NCBI GenBank assembly: GCA_963514005.1
Contig: OY740813.1
Location: forward strand, 17,174,001 to 17,238,000
Reading direction: 5' to 3'
DNA: 64,000 bases
Source: Raja brachyura
Taxonomy: Eukaryota
The notes below the pieces were generated by a model. The model was not told where the DNA came from, searched no databases, and saw only the letters and a program-made list of their open reading frames with translations. A program made the translations under genes and the position numbers. Position 1 is the stretch's first letter; each line of letters opens with the position of its first letter. Positions 37,226 to 50,716 of this stretch are shown here, piece by piece.

Positions 37226-38352
37226 ATGAAGAAGTCGTTAGCAGCAAGGCGAGCCGTAGCCAAAGTGTCTAATGCCCGCGGGAGCGCGGGTAGCGGGCGG
37301 CCGCCTAGCTCATCCACGGAGTCGCTGGTAGTGACACAAGCGACTACAGACTTGGTGTCCAAGAGCACCGTGGCTACGTTGGAGGGGCGTAAGGCAACTC
37401 GAACGTCTGTCCGGCCGATAGACTCCGGTTCTCCCTCAAGAATGGATACCGTAGAATGGGTATCCAGGATGGAGCTCCTGTTGGAGAGGATGCTCCATCA
37501 AGAGCGCCGGCCTCTCCAAGAGCGCACGCCAGCAGCAACTACTGGGTTGCCTAGTATCTCCCTCTTGGAGGGGGAGAGTATACCGGGTCAGTACGATTCT
37601 GACGCAGACTCTGAGGGCTTAGTGTTGGAGGCCGCCCCATGGGACGAAGGGCAACAGCCAGAGGTCCCATTCCTGGCGGCCAGTTTTGCCGTCCCAATAG
37701 ACTCTGGAGAGCCACTGGGGGAAGAGCTGGCTGCCAGTATAAATTACTTAGCTTTGCACCAGTTTCAGGAACTGGCCATGGACACAACGGCCAAAAATTA
37801 TGACCCCTCAGAAAATTGTATTCCACTCAAAGTGCCGGCCATCAACCATGCCATTTGGGACCATATGGGACTAGGCATCCGAGCGCAGGAGTTGAAACTG
37901 CAACAGGTGCTGAAACTGCTCTCAGCCGGCATTTAGCCTTTTGGTAGGTTGATGGATGGTGGGCTCCTGACTGAAGTCCAGCAGGATGCCCTGGCTCTCA
38001 TGTGCAATGTGCACTTTGAAATGAACTGTCTTAGAAAGAGCGCCATCCGCCCTACCATTAACCCAAGGTTCGCTGCCTCGCAACATCCAGGGCCCGAACC
38101 TATTGTTCGGGGAAGACCTCGCAAAGAAGGTAAAGGAGCTAGACGAAGAGGCAAAAACCGTTGGGCTCATCAAGGCGCCAGTGACCAGCAGAACCCTTCG
38201 GCGACAATACCCTTACAAACGGTTTGCTGAAGCCGGGCCCGGACAAGGACCAAGCTGGCCATTCAATGTGCGCAGCTGGCGCACTCCAGCAGGAGTACGG
38301 GCAAACATGCCTTTTACATCCAGAGCCAGGGGACACAAAACTCCACCTGTAA
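37226..38352 (+). pseudogene. DIRS copy B gag-like ORF1
   Basis: ATG at 37226. ORF pieces 37091-37936, 37949-38230 and 38103-38462 (LFGEDLAKKVKEL-type motif). Homologous to copy A. Confidence 0.8.
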
Positions 38353-38354
38353 CC

Positions 38355-40289
38355 ATGGAGATAGGTGGGTCTGATTCTGGTCAAATCATATTGAGTGAGA
38401 ATTACCTACCAGTTGGGGGGAGGTTACCCAGGTTTCTCAAAGAATGGTGTAAAATAACATAAAACGTGTTTATACTGCAGAGTATACAAGGGTTTCAAAT
38501 TGAATTTATTCCCAACCTATGTCCACCCACCCAGCACAAGCCAGAGCGGGCACTCATTTTCTCACAACGGGAGAATTTGGAGATTCAAGCTGAAATAGCA
38601 AAATTATGTTTTAAAGGTGTAATAGAGAAAACAGTTTATCAAACCCATCAATTTGTGTCTAATGTGTTTCCTAGACCAAAGAAAGATGGTGGGTGTAGGA
38701 TTATTTTGGACCTGACAGCACTTAATCCGTTTGTGCAGTATAATCATTTTAAAATGGAAACGTTCGCTACTGCCAAGCAATTGTTTTCCAGAGGGTGTTA
38801 TATGGCATGTATAGATCTTCAAGATGCATATTATTCAGTGCCTGTTCATAAAGAGTATCGTAGATATTTGAAATTTAGCTGGATGGGGCAATTATGGCAG
38901 TTTAGAGCACTGCCTAATGGGTTAACCTCAGCCCCTCGCTTATTTACCAAATTGCTAAAACCAGTGCTTGGGTTATTATGGTCACAGGGCCATATTGTAA
39001 TGGCCTATTTGGATGACATCTTAATAATTGGAAACACCTTTGTGGCAGTCGAATCATCAGTTTCAGCTGTTAAACTCATGGTTTAGAGGTTGGGGTTCAT
39101 TATTCACCCAGCTAAATCCAAATTGGTGCCGGTTAACACAATTGACTATTTGGGATTCACAATAGATTCAATTAACATGTGTGTAACTCTGCCCAAAGGC
39201 AAGAGATTAGATTTAATTGAAGGCTGTATCAAGCTCTTGAGGGAGCAATCACCTTCAATTAAACAGGTCGACAGCTTAATTGGTGAATTGGTAGCTGCCT
39301 TCCCAGCTGTGCAATATGGACCTTTGCATTACCAACATTTACAGAGGGCAAAGGTACAGGCATTGAGAATACATGCAGGTCATTTCAATCGGCCCATGCA
39401 CTTACCATCTGCAGCCATTACTGAAGTACAGTGGTGGATTAGAAACATTTCAAATTGTTCTAGCAAAATTTTGATCGAAACACCTTCAGTTGTTTTGAGG
39501 ACTGATGTTAGTGCCCTAGGTTGGGGTGCTACTGACACCAGGCCTATCTGTGGAGGCAGATGGAATATGCATGAGGCGTTGATTCTCCAATCGCATGGAA
39601 TTAATTATTTAGAGCCTCTAGGAGTATTTTATGGGCTCAAAGCTTACTGTACCACTAAACATCACTTACATGTTTAGCTTCAGATTGACAACACCACGGC
39701 AGTGGCGTATGTCAATCACATGGGTGGAATCAAATCGAAATCTTGTGATGGCTTGGCTAACCTTATTTGGCACTAGTGCATTAAAAAGAATATTTGGATT
39801 TCAGCTGTCTATTTGCCAGGCAGATTCAATATGGTGGCAGACATATTGGTCACGCAAATTCAATGACAACACTGAGTGGATGTTGAATCATGATGTATTT
39901 AAGGAAATTGTTCTCTGGTATTGGGTACCAGATATCGATTTGTTTGCATGCAGACTTAATCACCAGGTACCGAAATATGTTTCATGGGAACCAGACGCAG
40001 GGGCAGTGCAGGGAGAATGCATTCTCGCTGTACTGGGACGGAATGTTTTTATGATTTTCCCCCCTCCTGCCTCATCAGTTGGTGCTTGACTAAGATCAAA
40101 CAGGACTCCGCTTTAGGGGTTTTCGTGGTACCCGACTGGCCTACACAGCCATGGTTCCCCTTGATTTCGGGTATTAGTACACAACCTATTGTGGTGGTTC
40201 CAAAATGTCAAAATCTGTTAGTGCACCCTGTGACTGGAGGTCAACACCCATTGTATGATCGTCTAAATTTGTTGATTTGCAGATTTTAA
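38355..40289 (+). pseudogene. DIRS copy B pol (RT-RNase H-MT), multiple stops and frameshifts
   Basis: PRPKKDGGCRIILDL, IDLQDAYYSVP, LPNGLTSAPRLFTK, AYLDDILI, TDVSALGWGA, INYLE, PDIDLFACRLN, VVPDWPTQPWF. Confidence 0.94.
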
Positions 40290-40642
40290 GAAGGTCATAT
40301 TTGGGTCTGGGACTATCCAATCAGGCCGTGGATGTCATCACAGCATCCTGGAGGGATAGTACGAAAAGGCAGTACATCTCTCATGTCAGGAAATGGAAGG
40401 AATTTTGTTTACAGGGGAACATTACATACCACACAGCCTCCATCCCAGATGTTCTCGAATTTCTGTCCAACTTGCATTTCGATGAAGGGTTGAGCTATAG
40501 TGCCATCAAAAGTGCCAGGAGAGCTTGGTCCTCGTACCTATGCTGGGGGTCAGACCTTCCGTCTATAGGATCTCATCCGTTAATATCCAGATTTATGAAG
40601 GGTGTTTTTAATTCCAATCCTCCCAGGCCGAGGTACTCTGAG
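40281..40642 (+). pseudogene. DIRS copy B tyrosine recombinase, N-terminal fragment
   Basis: ASWRDSTKRQY...LSYSAIKSARRA...HPLISRFMKGVFNSNPPRPRYSE, fused directly to the right ITR. Confidence 0.88.
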
Positions 40643-40904
40643 GCCGACTGGCGGGGTTCTTCTTCACGTAATCGCTCATCGTAACTCCTCATAAAACAAA
40701 GATCAAACTTCAAACTGGTAAGTTCTCGTTTAATCTTACTATTTTGGTGGTGTACGATTCTACGATTCTATGAATTATATCTATTTAGTCTGGCCTACCA
40801 TTGCCACCACCCTTGTCAATAACAAAATCATGAAAGCCAACTAATAAATAAGAGCCAAGAGTCAAACGTTAAGAGTCTCAGGATCTGGCATCGCTTCTGA
40901 AGTT

Positions 40905-41103
40905 TTTTTTAATTTTGGGGAGACAGCTTGGGAACAGGCTGTTTGGCTCATCAAGTCCACACTGACCATCAATCACCCGTTCACACTCCCTACATGCTAG
41001 GGGCAATTTACAGATGCCATTTAACCTACAGATCCGGACTTCTTTGGGATGTGGGAGAAAGATAGAGCACCTAGAGGAAACCTGTGCAGTCACAAGGAGA
41101 ACG
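40905..41103 (-). mobile_element. HE1-type SINE fragment
   Basis: GGGCAATTTACAGA...CTTTGGGATGTGGGAG. Confidence 0.8.
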
Positions 41104-42377
41104 TAATAGTAAGCTAAACTAATCCCCTCTGCCTTCACGTGATCTGCTTCCCTCAATTTCTTGCATATCCATGTAACTATCTAAAACCCTCTTAAACGCC
41201 AGCATTGTATCTGCTTCCAGCACCACTACTGGCTTCATGTCCCAGGTCCCCACCACCCCGTGTTAAAAAACCGACAATCACCAACAGCTTCAATGTACAA
41301 GCAGAGCTTTTGACTAGTTGCAGAAAAGGGTGTTTAAAATTCATGTTCGCAGACATAGCACAGAATTAACAGTCAGATCCCACACTGTATGTTCTCGTTC
41401 AAATCATTTATACATACTACAAACAACAATGGTCCCAGGTTCGATCCTTGTGGTGCCCCAGTTCCAGTTGGATAAACACCCATTCACCACCACTCTCTGC
41501 CTTCTACCACCAAGTCAGTTTTGGATCCAATTCAACAACATGCCTCGGATTCCTGGCGCCTTCTCGGTTGGGGAAAAGGTACCACAATGCAGAGTGAAAA
41601 TATCATAGCATGCTTCTGATCTTCCAGTCTAATACTGTGAAGGTACTTTCACCCTGAGTATGTAATGTGACCCGATATTTGAGTAACAGCTTCAGAAGAG
41701 GAGCTAATGAAAAGAACCTGGGTGCTGTTAATACCTTTCTTAACCATGTCCAGACACTAGGAAAAACAGAATAAGGACCTGATCCACAGACTAAAGCATT
41801 TATTGGCATTCCTGAGGTCAACTCTAGAATTTAGAATCACCTGATATTTATTGAAACTCACTTGTGGAAATTAATATTGTAAATGATAGGTAGCCCTAAT
41901 CAAGGTCTATTTATTATAAAGAATTTAAGCATTTAACGACTGTGAGAACGAGGCTTTGTGAAGCTTTATTACATTTGTCACCATGCCTTTGGAGTCTCCC
42001 CTGTTTAAACAGGAAGGCCCTTCCTTAACGTGAATGGGTTTCATTCTTATCTTGCTCAACTTGCCTACTGTTTGGTCAGAATTGAAAATCCATTACTGAA
42101 CATCACATATAAAGCAACACATACTGAACACATGGCTATCTTCAACTTATAATGTGGTTCAAGATTTCTTAATATAGTTCAAGTTACTTAATCATAATTG
42201 AGCACAATAATGAGTAAACCACTTCCCAGGATTCAGGAAAATACAGATAATCACAGTATTTATGTAAACACTGAAGGGAAACTATAAAGATGAAAAAATG
42301 TTTGAGATTGCCAGTCAAAAATATTTAAAAATTTCCAATTTGTTTATGGACTGTGTATAAACCCATCAGCATGGACG

Positions 42378-42860
42378 AGTTTAGTTTAGTTTAGTTTATT
42401 ATTGTCACATATACCGAGGTACATTGAAAAGCTTTTTGTTGTGTGCTATCCATTCAGCGTAAAGACAATACATGATTACAATCAAGTCACCCACAGTGCA
42501 CAGATACATGATAAAGGGTATAACATTAGTGCAAGATAAAGTCCAGTAAAATCCAATTAAAGTAGATGTGAGGTCAGCCAAGCTCTCTCGATGGTGAGAG
42601 GATGGTTCAGTTGCCTGATAAACAGCGGGGAAGAAATAGTCCCTGAATCTGGATGTCTGTGTTTCCAAACCTGTGTATCCCTTGCCTGGTGGGAGTGGGG
42701 AGTAAAGGGAGTGACCAAGATGAGACTGGTCCTTGACTATGCTGATGGCCTTGCTGAGGCAACATGAAGCACAGATGGAGTCAATGGAAGGGAGGTTGGT
42801 TTGCTTGATGAATTGTATCTACAATTGTCTACAATTTCTTGCGGTCTTGGATGGAGCTGT
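42378..42860 (-). mobile_element. Rex/Babar-like LINE 3' fragment (related pieces near 2915-3090, 8790-8930, 11880-12260, 23370-23900, 27250-27460, 29190-29650, 45620-46540, 51310-51645)
   Basis: TSRFRDYFFPA motif. TGTGACAATAATAAA plus microsatellite tail. Confidence 0.75.
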
Positions 42861-44329
42861 GATGGATGGTTTAGAGGGTAATGGCTTAAATGCAGGCAAA
42901 CGAGCCAAGCCCAGTACACCAACTTCTTTGGCACAGACAAGGTGGGCCAAAGGGCCTGTGCTGTGAAACTCTATGACTATTTACCCGTGACCAGAACATC
43001 ATGGGACTGTTGTAAAAACACATCCCAAAAGGCTTATTTCTGTGCTGAATTACTATCAGTTTGAGTGTCCCACTCGAGACCAGGCTTTGCCATATTTAAT
43101 GTAACAGCTTTTGTCCCTTTTACAAGTAGTACATCCCGCTGACCAGGCTGACAAGGACTGTCCTCTCCTTGACCTCCCCTCCCAGCAGGATACGATTCCG
43201 GTCTCACTTTTAATTTATCGGGATTGCAAATTCCACAGGCGGGGGAAATACAAACAAAGTGAGTTTGCTGTGGAAAGATGTTGCTTTGTTTGCGCAGAAA
43301 TCTCGGAAGTTCTCTTTCAGCGGAAGCGTTCATTTTGATCACGTTTTGAACAGAAATTTGTAAAACCAAACCGAAGAAGAATCAGGAACAACCATTCTTT
43401 CCAACTTTTCATGTAAATGTTATATCTATTCAGTTCACCCAGAGGAAATTAATAATATAGACAGGAGGCACAAGCGACTACAGATGCTGGAATCTTGAGG
43501 AAAAAACTAACTGCTGGAGCAACTTAGTGGGTTAGGCAGCATCAGTCTGGTAAAGGGTCTCAACTTGAAATGTTGTCGGTCCCTTTCCCTTCACAGATGC
43601 TGCCTGACCCATTGAGTTTGAACCAGCAGCCTGATATTTGCACAAAACTAAAAATATATTTGTCAGAGGTTTCAATGGGTGAGTGGGGAAATTATACATT
43701 CATGCAACATGATTTCTTGTGCATGATGATCAACAATGTGGCTGATCTTTGTTTAGTGTCTTTGAGCTGATTAATTGTACCTATGTGCTGTGTGCATTCC
43801 TGTGTATGTCTGTTCCTTTTTGTGATTGTAGCTACCTGCTCTATTCTGTCTGTACAGCACTTTGGTCAACGTGGGTTGTTTTTAAATGTGCTTTGTAAAT
43901 AAATTTGATTTGATTTGAGATCTTTTTGCTGCACTATTCTAAGTTAGGATTGAAATATAGGCATAATCTGGCGTAGAAAAAAAATAGCAGCCATATCTTA
44001 CCTACTGGGACACATTTAGAAAGTCTGCTCACTTCCTAATCAGGGTGGGTCATCGCTGGCAAAGAGCACAATTCGACCTGTAGAGTGGAAAACAGGAATT
44101 CTGCTAGATTTAGTGGGAAGGGTTCCTGCTGTCTCTTATGGTAACAAGGGATGATGATCTCGACAGCTGTAAACGAAGAAAAATATAACTCACCCAAACT
44201 AATGAGAATTATTTTACATCCAACAACTTCCCATGGTAGAAGTCCGAGTGTTTGAGTTTATTTAGTTGTACTCCACAACAAATGTGCTACGTTTGATAAG
44301 CCATCATGTTGGCAAATTTGGCAGAGGAT

Positions 44330-44613
44330 GTGTAGGAGGAAGGAACTGCAGATGCTGGTTTAAACCGAAGATAGACAATAAATGCTGGAGTAACTCAGCG
44401 GGACAGGCAGAAGTCTTTGCCTCAGAAGGGAGTGGAGGCCTCTTCTCTCGATGCTTTCAAGAGAGAGCGAGGTAGAACTCTTAAAGATAGCGAAGTCAAG
44501 GGATATGGGGAGAAGGCAGGAACGGGATACTGATTGTGAATGATCAGCCATGATCACAGTACTGACTCGAAGGGCCGAATGGCCTACTCCTGCACCTATT
44601 GTCTATTGTCTAT
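44330..44613. mobile_element. Penelope-derived fragment fused to a CR1 3' end
   Basis: GAACTGCAGATGCTGG...GACAGGCAG followed by a CR1 tail ending (CTATTGT)n. Confidence 0.85.
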
Positions 44614-47335
44614 TGGCTCTCACACCTGCACTACTCGTTCACACCCGGCAGGTATTCAACCTCTCTGGAGCGTGCCACCTCTGTGTCCAGCACTGTAACC
44701 AGGATTCTGAACATGTGGCATCAGAAAGCCCTGTATAATACATGTGGCATCAAAAAAACCCTTCTGGATCATTTTGTTCCACACCATCTTGGCAATAGTT
44801 CATCATCAGTATAATTAAAGAGTGCTCTGTGTGAATTTGTTTTCATTCCCAATCTGCTGCCAGGATATTTTCTTTATGTGCACTGCAGTACATTTTGCAG
44901 GTTTCTAGACAATGTGTAACTCAGCATCCTGGCCTTAGTGGACACGAGGAAAATTGCCCCCAATGGTGCCAATACTAGCCTATCCTGGTGAGAAAATCCA
45001 AAAAGTCTTTTCCACTATTTTGGTCAAACAGCTTTAAATGGAAGCTTTGTGAATGCAATGTCTAGTGTTAAGGAGCTCATTTATATTCCATGGTATTTTT
45101 CTGGGCAGTATGTATCAACATTTTCCATGGATAAAATTCATTGCTTAAAAGGTATTTCATGAAAAATTGAATTAGGTACTGTATGAATGCAAGTATATTG
45201 TTATGAGGAGGGATTTCTTCATTCAGAGGTTGTAGAATTCTTTACCACAGACAACTGTGGAGGCCAAGTTCTTGGATACTTTTTAAGTGGAGAATGATAG
45301 GTTCTTCATTACTAAAGACATCAACGGATACAGGAAGAAGGCAGGAGAATGGGGTTGAGAGGGGAAAATAGATCAGTGCAGATGCAATGGGCCAGATGGC
45401 CTAATTCTGCTCCTATATCTTATGATTTTATGGTCTTTTGATCTATGCACGTGCACTGAAAAGTTTAAAGAGCTGGTTTGAGGTGCAATATTCTTAACAT
45501 ATATTGTGGGAGCGGGGATTCCCAATTCTAAAATGTATCGGCTTAAATCTGGAAAATTGAAACATTTAAGGAAATTCACTGCCATTCTCAATTTGCTTCA
45601 AGCTTCAAGTTCTTGAGTGGAAATATCACTAATACTTTGTCCTGGACTAGACACATGGAATCCATAGCAAAAAAAGCACACCAGTGCAGCAACTTCCTCA
45701 GAAGACAAATGAAGTGTGACATGTCTCCAATATATCTTGCCAACTGCTACAGATGCACCATAGAAAGCATCCTATCGGCATGAATCTCACCTTGGTTTGG
45801 CAACACCTCTGTCGAAAACTGTAAGAACTCGCAGTGGATTGTGGATGTAGTTGCAGGACAGAGGGACGTGGGAATATAGGTCCATGGTTCCATAACTGTG
45901 GTGAGTAAGGTGGACAGTGTGGTGAAGAAAGCTTCACACTTTGTTTGACACGCTTGTCTTCATAGGGAAGGGTTGACAAGCAGTCCAAGATCACATTTAG
46001 AAAGGGTGCAGCGTAGATTCTCCGTGATCTTACCGGGGCATTGCGGGCTTGTAGTATGGACAGAGTTTGGAGGATTAAGTGGGCTTAGGGCCAAATCAAG
46101 GCAAATGGGACTCGCCCAGTATGCCAACTCGGTCAGCATGGAGTAGGTGAACTAAAGAGCCCGTTTCGTGCTGTACAGCACTCTGACTCCCGCCCAGTTC
46201 ATCATATAAATCTGACTCTCCGCCATTGACTCCATCTACACTTCATACTACCTTGGAAATGCACCCAATATAATATGGACAATTTCAGCCCAGTCATTCC
46301 ATCTGTTCCTCTCCCCCATTTGGCAGGACATTACCTGAGCATGCAGGCTTGACTTTCTCTGCAATTGTAATGCAATAACACTGTAAGACTATATTCTGCA
46401 CTCTGGTGTTCTTCTCCTTGCACTACCTGTTGTACTTGCGTGCGGTGCGATTGTACTCCTGTGCAGAATGATTTGCCTAGATACAGCAAAAACTTGTTTG
46501 TGTTCTATCTCGGTACAATTGACAACAGCAATAAACCAATACCAGCACGATTTCATCAATGCTGTAATCTAACATTTCCTGATTTCCACTAGGAATCGGT
46601 GCAGACATTTCAGATCAGGCTTTGTGTGGGGACAGCGACTGAATGACGTGGCAACTGTCCAAAGAAAACAGTGGAATGCCAACAGGACTTTGGATCACAG
46701 TTGCATACTTTTGGAAGAGCAGAGAAACAGGATCTCTGGAAGACCCATTAAACTGGCATCAAACAGATCTATTGTGCATTCTGTGAAGCTCAATTCTGAT
46801 AATTCCACCAATTTTTCTTTCTTGCACTGGTGACGGCTGAACACAACACAGTACTGGAATATATCCAGGGAATTAAGCCTGGTTTGGGGCACAAATATTA
46901 ATAAAACAGAAGGGTCTCGACCTGAAATGTCACCCATTCCTTCCCTCTAGAGATGCTGCCTGTCCCACTGAGTTACTCCAACATATTGTATCTACCTTCG
47001 CTTTAAACCAGCATCTGCAGTTCTTTCTTACACAAAACAAAACATCTGTAATCTCTATGACTAAACCATAATCTGTGGCAGCAGGGAGGAGGATTACAGT
47101 ATATTCCGATTTCTGCACTTGGATATTTTTATGTAATAATATAAACCTCAGCTGGTCAGATAATCACAGCAGAGTTCTTTTAAAATGATACATTGCCTAT
47201 ATCAAAGATATTATTTCTAAATTAATTACATTCCGTAACTAAACCAGTTGTAAGGGAAGCAGATATAATTCTCATGGCTGTATAATGTAGCAAATGGCTG
47301 CTTTGGGACACATTTTTAAAAGGAAAAACAAATCA

Positions 47336-48590
47336 AATAGAAACATAGAACAATAGGTAAAGAAGTAGGCCATTCAGCCCTTCGAGCCAGCACCGCCATT
47401 CAATATGATCATGGCTGATCATCTAAAATCAGTACCCCGTGCTATCGTAGGTTGTCGCCAGGATAACGTATGTTGTCACTGGTTTTTCAGTGACCTGCTA
47501 CGACTATGACAGTCACCGGCAGTTGCCTAAATAATCGCCTAGTGGGACAGGCCCATAACTCTCTCTTGAGAACATCCAGTGAATTGGCCTCCATTGCCTT
47601 CTGTGGCAGAGAATTCCAACTCTCTGGGTGAAAAAATGTTTCCTCATCTCAGTCCTCAATGGACTACCCTTTATTCTGAAACTGTGACTCCCCCAACATC
47701 GGGAACATTTTTCCTGCATCTAGCCTGTCCAATCCTTTAAGAATTTTATCTGTTTCTCATCCTTCTAAATTCCAGTAAATACAAGACCATTCGACCCATT
47801 CTTTCATCATGTGTCAGTCCTGCCATCCCGGGAATTAACCTGGTGAACCTACGCTGCACTCCCTCAATAGCAATAATGTCCTTCCTCAAATGAAGAGACC
47901 AAAATTGCACACAATATTCCAGGTGCGGTCTCACAAGAGGCCTGTACAACTGCAGTAGGACTACCTTGCTCCAAAATTCAAATCCTCTTGCAATGAAAGC
48001 CAACATGCCATTAGCTTTCTTCACTGCCTGCTGTACCTGTATGCTTACTTTCAGTGATTGGTGTACAACCACATCCAGGTCATTGCACCATCCCTTTTCC
48101 TAATCTGACACCATTCAGCTAATAATCTGTCTCCCTGTTCTTGCCACCAAAGTGGATAACCTCACATTTATCCATATTATACTGCATCTGCCATGCATCT
48201 GCCCACTCACCCAACCTTTCCAAGTCACCCTGCAGCCTCTTAGCATCCTCCTCGCAGCTCACACTACTACCCAGCTTTGTGTCAACTGCAAACATGGAGA
48301 TGTCATATTTAATTTCCTTGTCTAAATCGTTAATAATATATATAATAACTGGGGTCCCAGCACCGAGCCTTGCCCCACCCCACTAGTCACTCCCTGCCAT
48401 TCTGAAAAGGACCAATTAATTCCAACTATTTGCTTCCTGTCTGCCTATCAGTTCTCTATCCATGTCAATACCCTACCCCTAATACCATGTGCTCTAATTC
48501 TGCTCTTGTTTGGGGCCTTGTCAAAGGCTTTTTGAAAGTGCAGATACCCCACATCCACTGGCCCTCCCTTATCCATTCTACTTGTTATAT
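47336..48590 (-). mobile_element. CR1 LINE fragment (RT C-terminal part to tail)
   Basis: ORF 47746-48072 RPHLEYCVQFWS. RT remnant upstream. CR1 tail. Confidence 0.93.
47440..47555. mobile_element. Right arm of a Harbinger-like MITE in a CR1 3' end
   Basis: Ends AGTGGGACAGGCCCA-TAA and resembles the right arm of the 3685-3991 element. Left TIR absent. Confidence 0.75.
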
Positions 48591-49399
48591 CGTTCACAGG
48601 GGGAACGTACAGACAGCATCAGTAGTTTGGATCAAACCTGGGTCTCTATTGCTGCACCACCATGCCACGTGATATTGATCAGTCACAAATGATTGTGACA
48701 CTGGTAAACAACCACTCAGCCCTCCCAGCTTGTTGTGTCTCCTTGCCATAGCCGCCCACACCATCCTCTCATGCGCCTTCACCAGGTGGGAAGATAGTCA
48801 GGGAACCGCTTCACCATCACCAATTGTACCATTGCCTGTTATTTAGCTCACTGTGTTGTCCTTGGTCATCTTTTGAAATAAATAGGCATGAGATTCTCAT
48901 CCACTGTAACTTATTAACATATTGCTGAATATATACTAACACAATCAATTGGTGTCCCAGAACATTGTTTTAAAATGCAACTGAAATACACCTTAAGGAA
49001 AATAATGATGATAAACTTTGCATTAGTCAATGGATTTACCACAAAAAAATTATTTTTAATCGAAATATTTAGTTCAACCTACAACTAACAGATCTAAATC
49101 ATTGAAAATGATTTAAAAGTGAAAAGACGAAAGCATTAGCTTGATGTTGATTGGTATTGAAAATGGTTTAATATTGTCACATGTACTGTGATATAGTGAA
49201 AACTTTGTATGGATTATATCATACATGATTACTATCATATACATTAGTAAAACAGTAACAGAATGCAGAATATAGCGTTATAATGTCTTGGGCAGATACG
49301 ATGCGTTCTATAGAAATGTTTAAGAATCGTTGGAGACATGAGAAATTTGCTTTGTCTTTCAAGGAAGTAGAGTCATAGATTTATAGAATCATACAACAA

Positions 49400-49712
49400 T
49401 GGTGGCATGGTGGCGCAACGGTAGAGTCGCTGCCTTACAGCGCTTGCAGCGCCGGAGACCTGGGTTCGATCCTGGCTACATGTGCTGTCTGTACGGAGTT
49501 TGTACGTTCTCCCCGTGACCAAGTGGGTTTTCTCCGAGATCTTTGGTTCTTCCCATACTCCAAAGACAGGTTTGTATGTTAATTGACTTGGTGTATGTGT
49601 AAAAATTGTCTCTAGTGTGTGTAGGATAGTGTTAATGTGTGGGGATCACTGGTCGGCATGGACTTGGTGGGCCAAAGGACCTGTTTCCGTGTTGTATCTC
49701 TAAACTAAACTA
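49400..49712 (+). mobile_element. HE1-type SINE
   Basis: Full-length match to the other copies. Confidence 0.9.
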
Positions 49713-49723
49713 CAAAACAGATC

Positions 49724-49913
49724 CTTTACCCCCAGGGGGTAAATTTGTTGATTCTGGATTTGTACATATTTTTTCTCATTGACTGACTGAGTTTGGTTCT
49801 GGTATACCGGTATCTGTTCATCATTTAATTGTTCATAAATAAGTGAAATAACATTGTTATGTGCTATTAAAGTTGCCTGGGGTAAACGGGACGAAAAAGG
49901 TTGGGAACCCCTG
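49724..49913. mobile_element. hAT-Charlie-like MITE fragment (one end only)
   Basis: Ends AAAAGGTTGGGAACCCCTG followed by GTCTATAT. Palindrome TTTACCCCCAGGGGGTAAA at 49725-49743. Confidence 0.7.
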
Positions 49914-50405
49914 GTCTATATGTCTTTCTACGACATTTGACTGTTGCTTCTCATCACGTTGACTTCTGACTTCCAGGAATAAAAGCCATGTTTCCCTGAT
50001 GCTGTCAGCAACAGAGAGTTTGTACATACTGTATCTCAACATGCAACACAAGAAGCCACACTTGCTTTTTGCATTAAGAATAAAGAAGTCAGCATAAGGT
50101 CTATAAATATTCCTTGTTCTAACGTGTTATCATATTTTTAACACGTTTTTACATCAGACTTTGAGCAGGCTAATGAAAGTGTAGTTTCTCCATCCACATT
50201 CTCATCTCAGGGCTGCCTCATATTTTTTTTGCCTGTTCTCAGATGCAGCCCCTTGCTGAGACCAGATGTTGCGTTGCGGGAGATGGAAATGTTATTCTCT
50301 GGTCTGTGCTCCTGTTCCACTCACTAATCCAAATATATAGACAGACTCGTGTTGCTGCTGTAACTAATGGCTTGCAAGCCTTTTTTTAATTTTCAGTTCA
50401 TTTTC

Positions 50406-50716
50406 GGGCAGCACAGTGGAGCAGAGGTAGAGTTGCTGCCTTACAGCACCAGAGACCCGGGTTCGATCCTGACTACGGGTGCTGCCTGTGCGGAGTTTGT
50501 ACGTTCTCCCTGTGTGGGTTTTCTCCGAGGTCTTCGGTTTCCTCTCACACTCCAAGGACGTGCAGGTTTGTAGGTTAATTGGCTTGGTATAAATGTAAAT
50601 TGGCCCTAGTGTGTAGGATAGTGTAAATGTGCAGGGATCACTGTTTGGTGCTGACACGGTGGTGCCGAAGGGCCTGTTTCCATGCTGTATCTCTGAACTA
50701 AACTAAACTAAACTAA
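50406..50716 (+). mobile_element. HE1-type SINE
   Basis: Full-length match to the other copies. Confidence 0.9.

Larger units (their letters stand above)
37022..40743 (+). mobile_element. DIRS-like retrotransposon copy B, internally deleted (lacks YR catalytic domain and ICR)
   Basis: Left end ATTTTATTTCGGAGTCACGTGAGTGA, right end ...GTTTAATCTTACTATT. ITRs at about 37041-37076 and 40643-40678. Gag, RT, RH, MT and N-terminal YR remnants. Confidence 0.95.

Noticed and set aside
18196-40743. The two DIRS copies as one inverted duplication or composite element
   Set aside because: They are strongly diverged, have different flanks, and each has its own ATT junctions.
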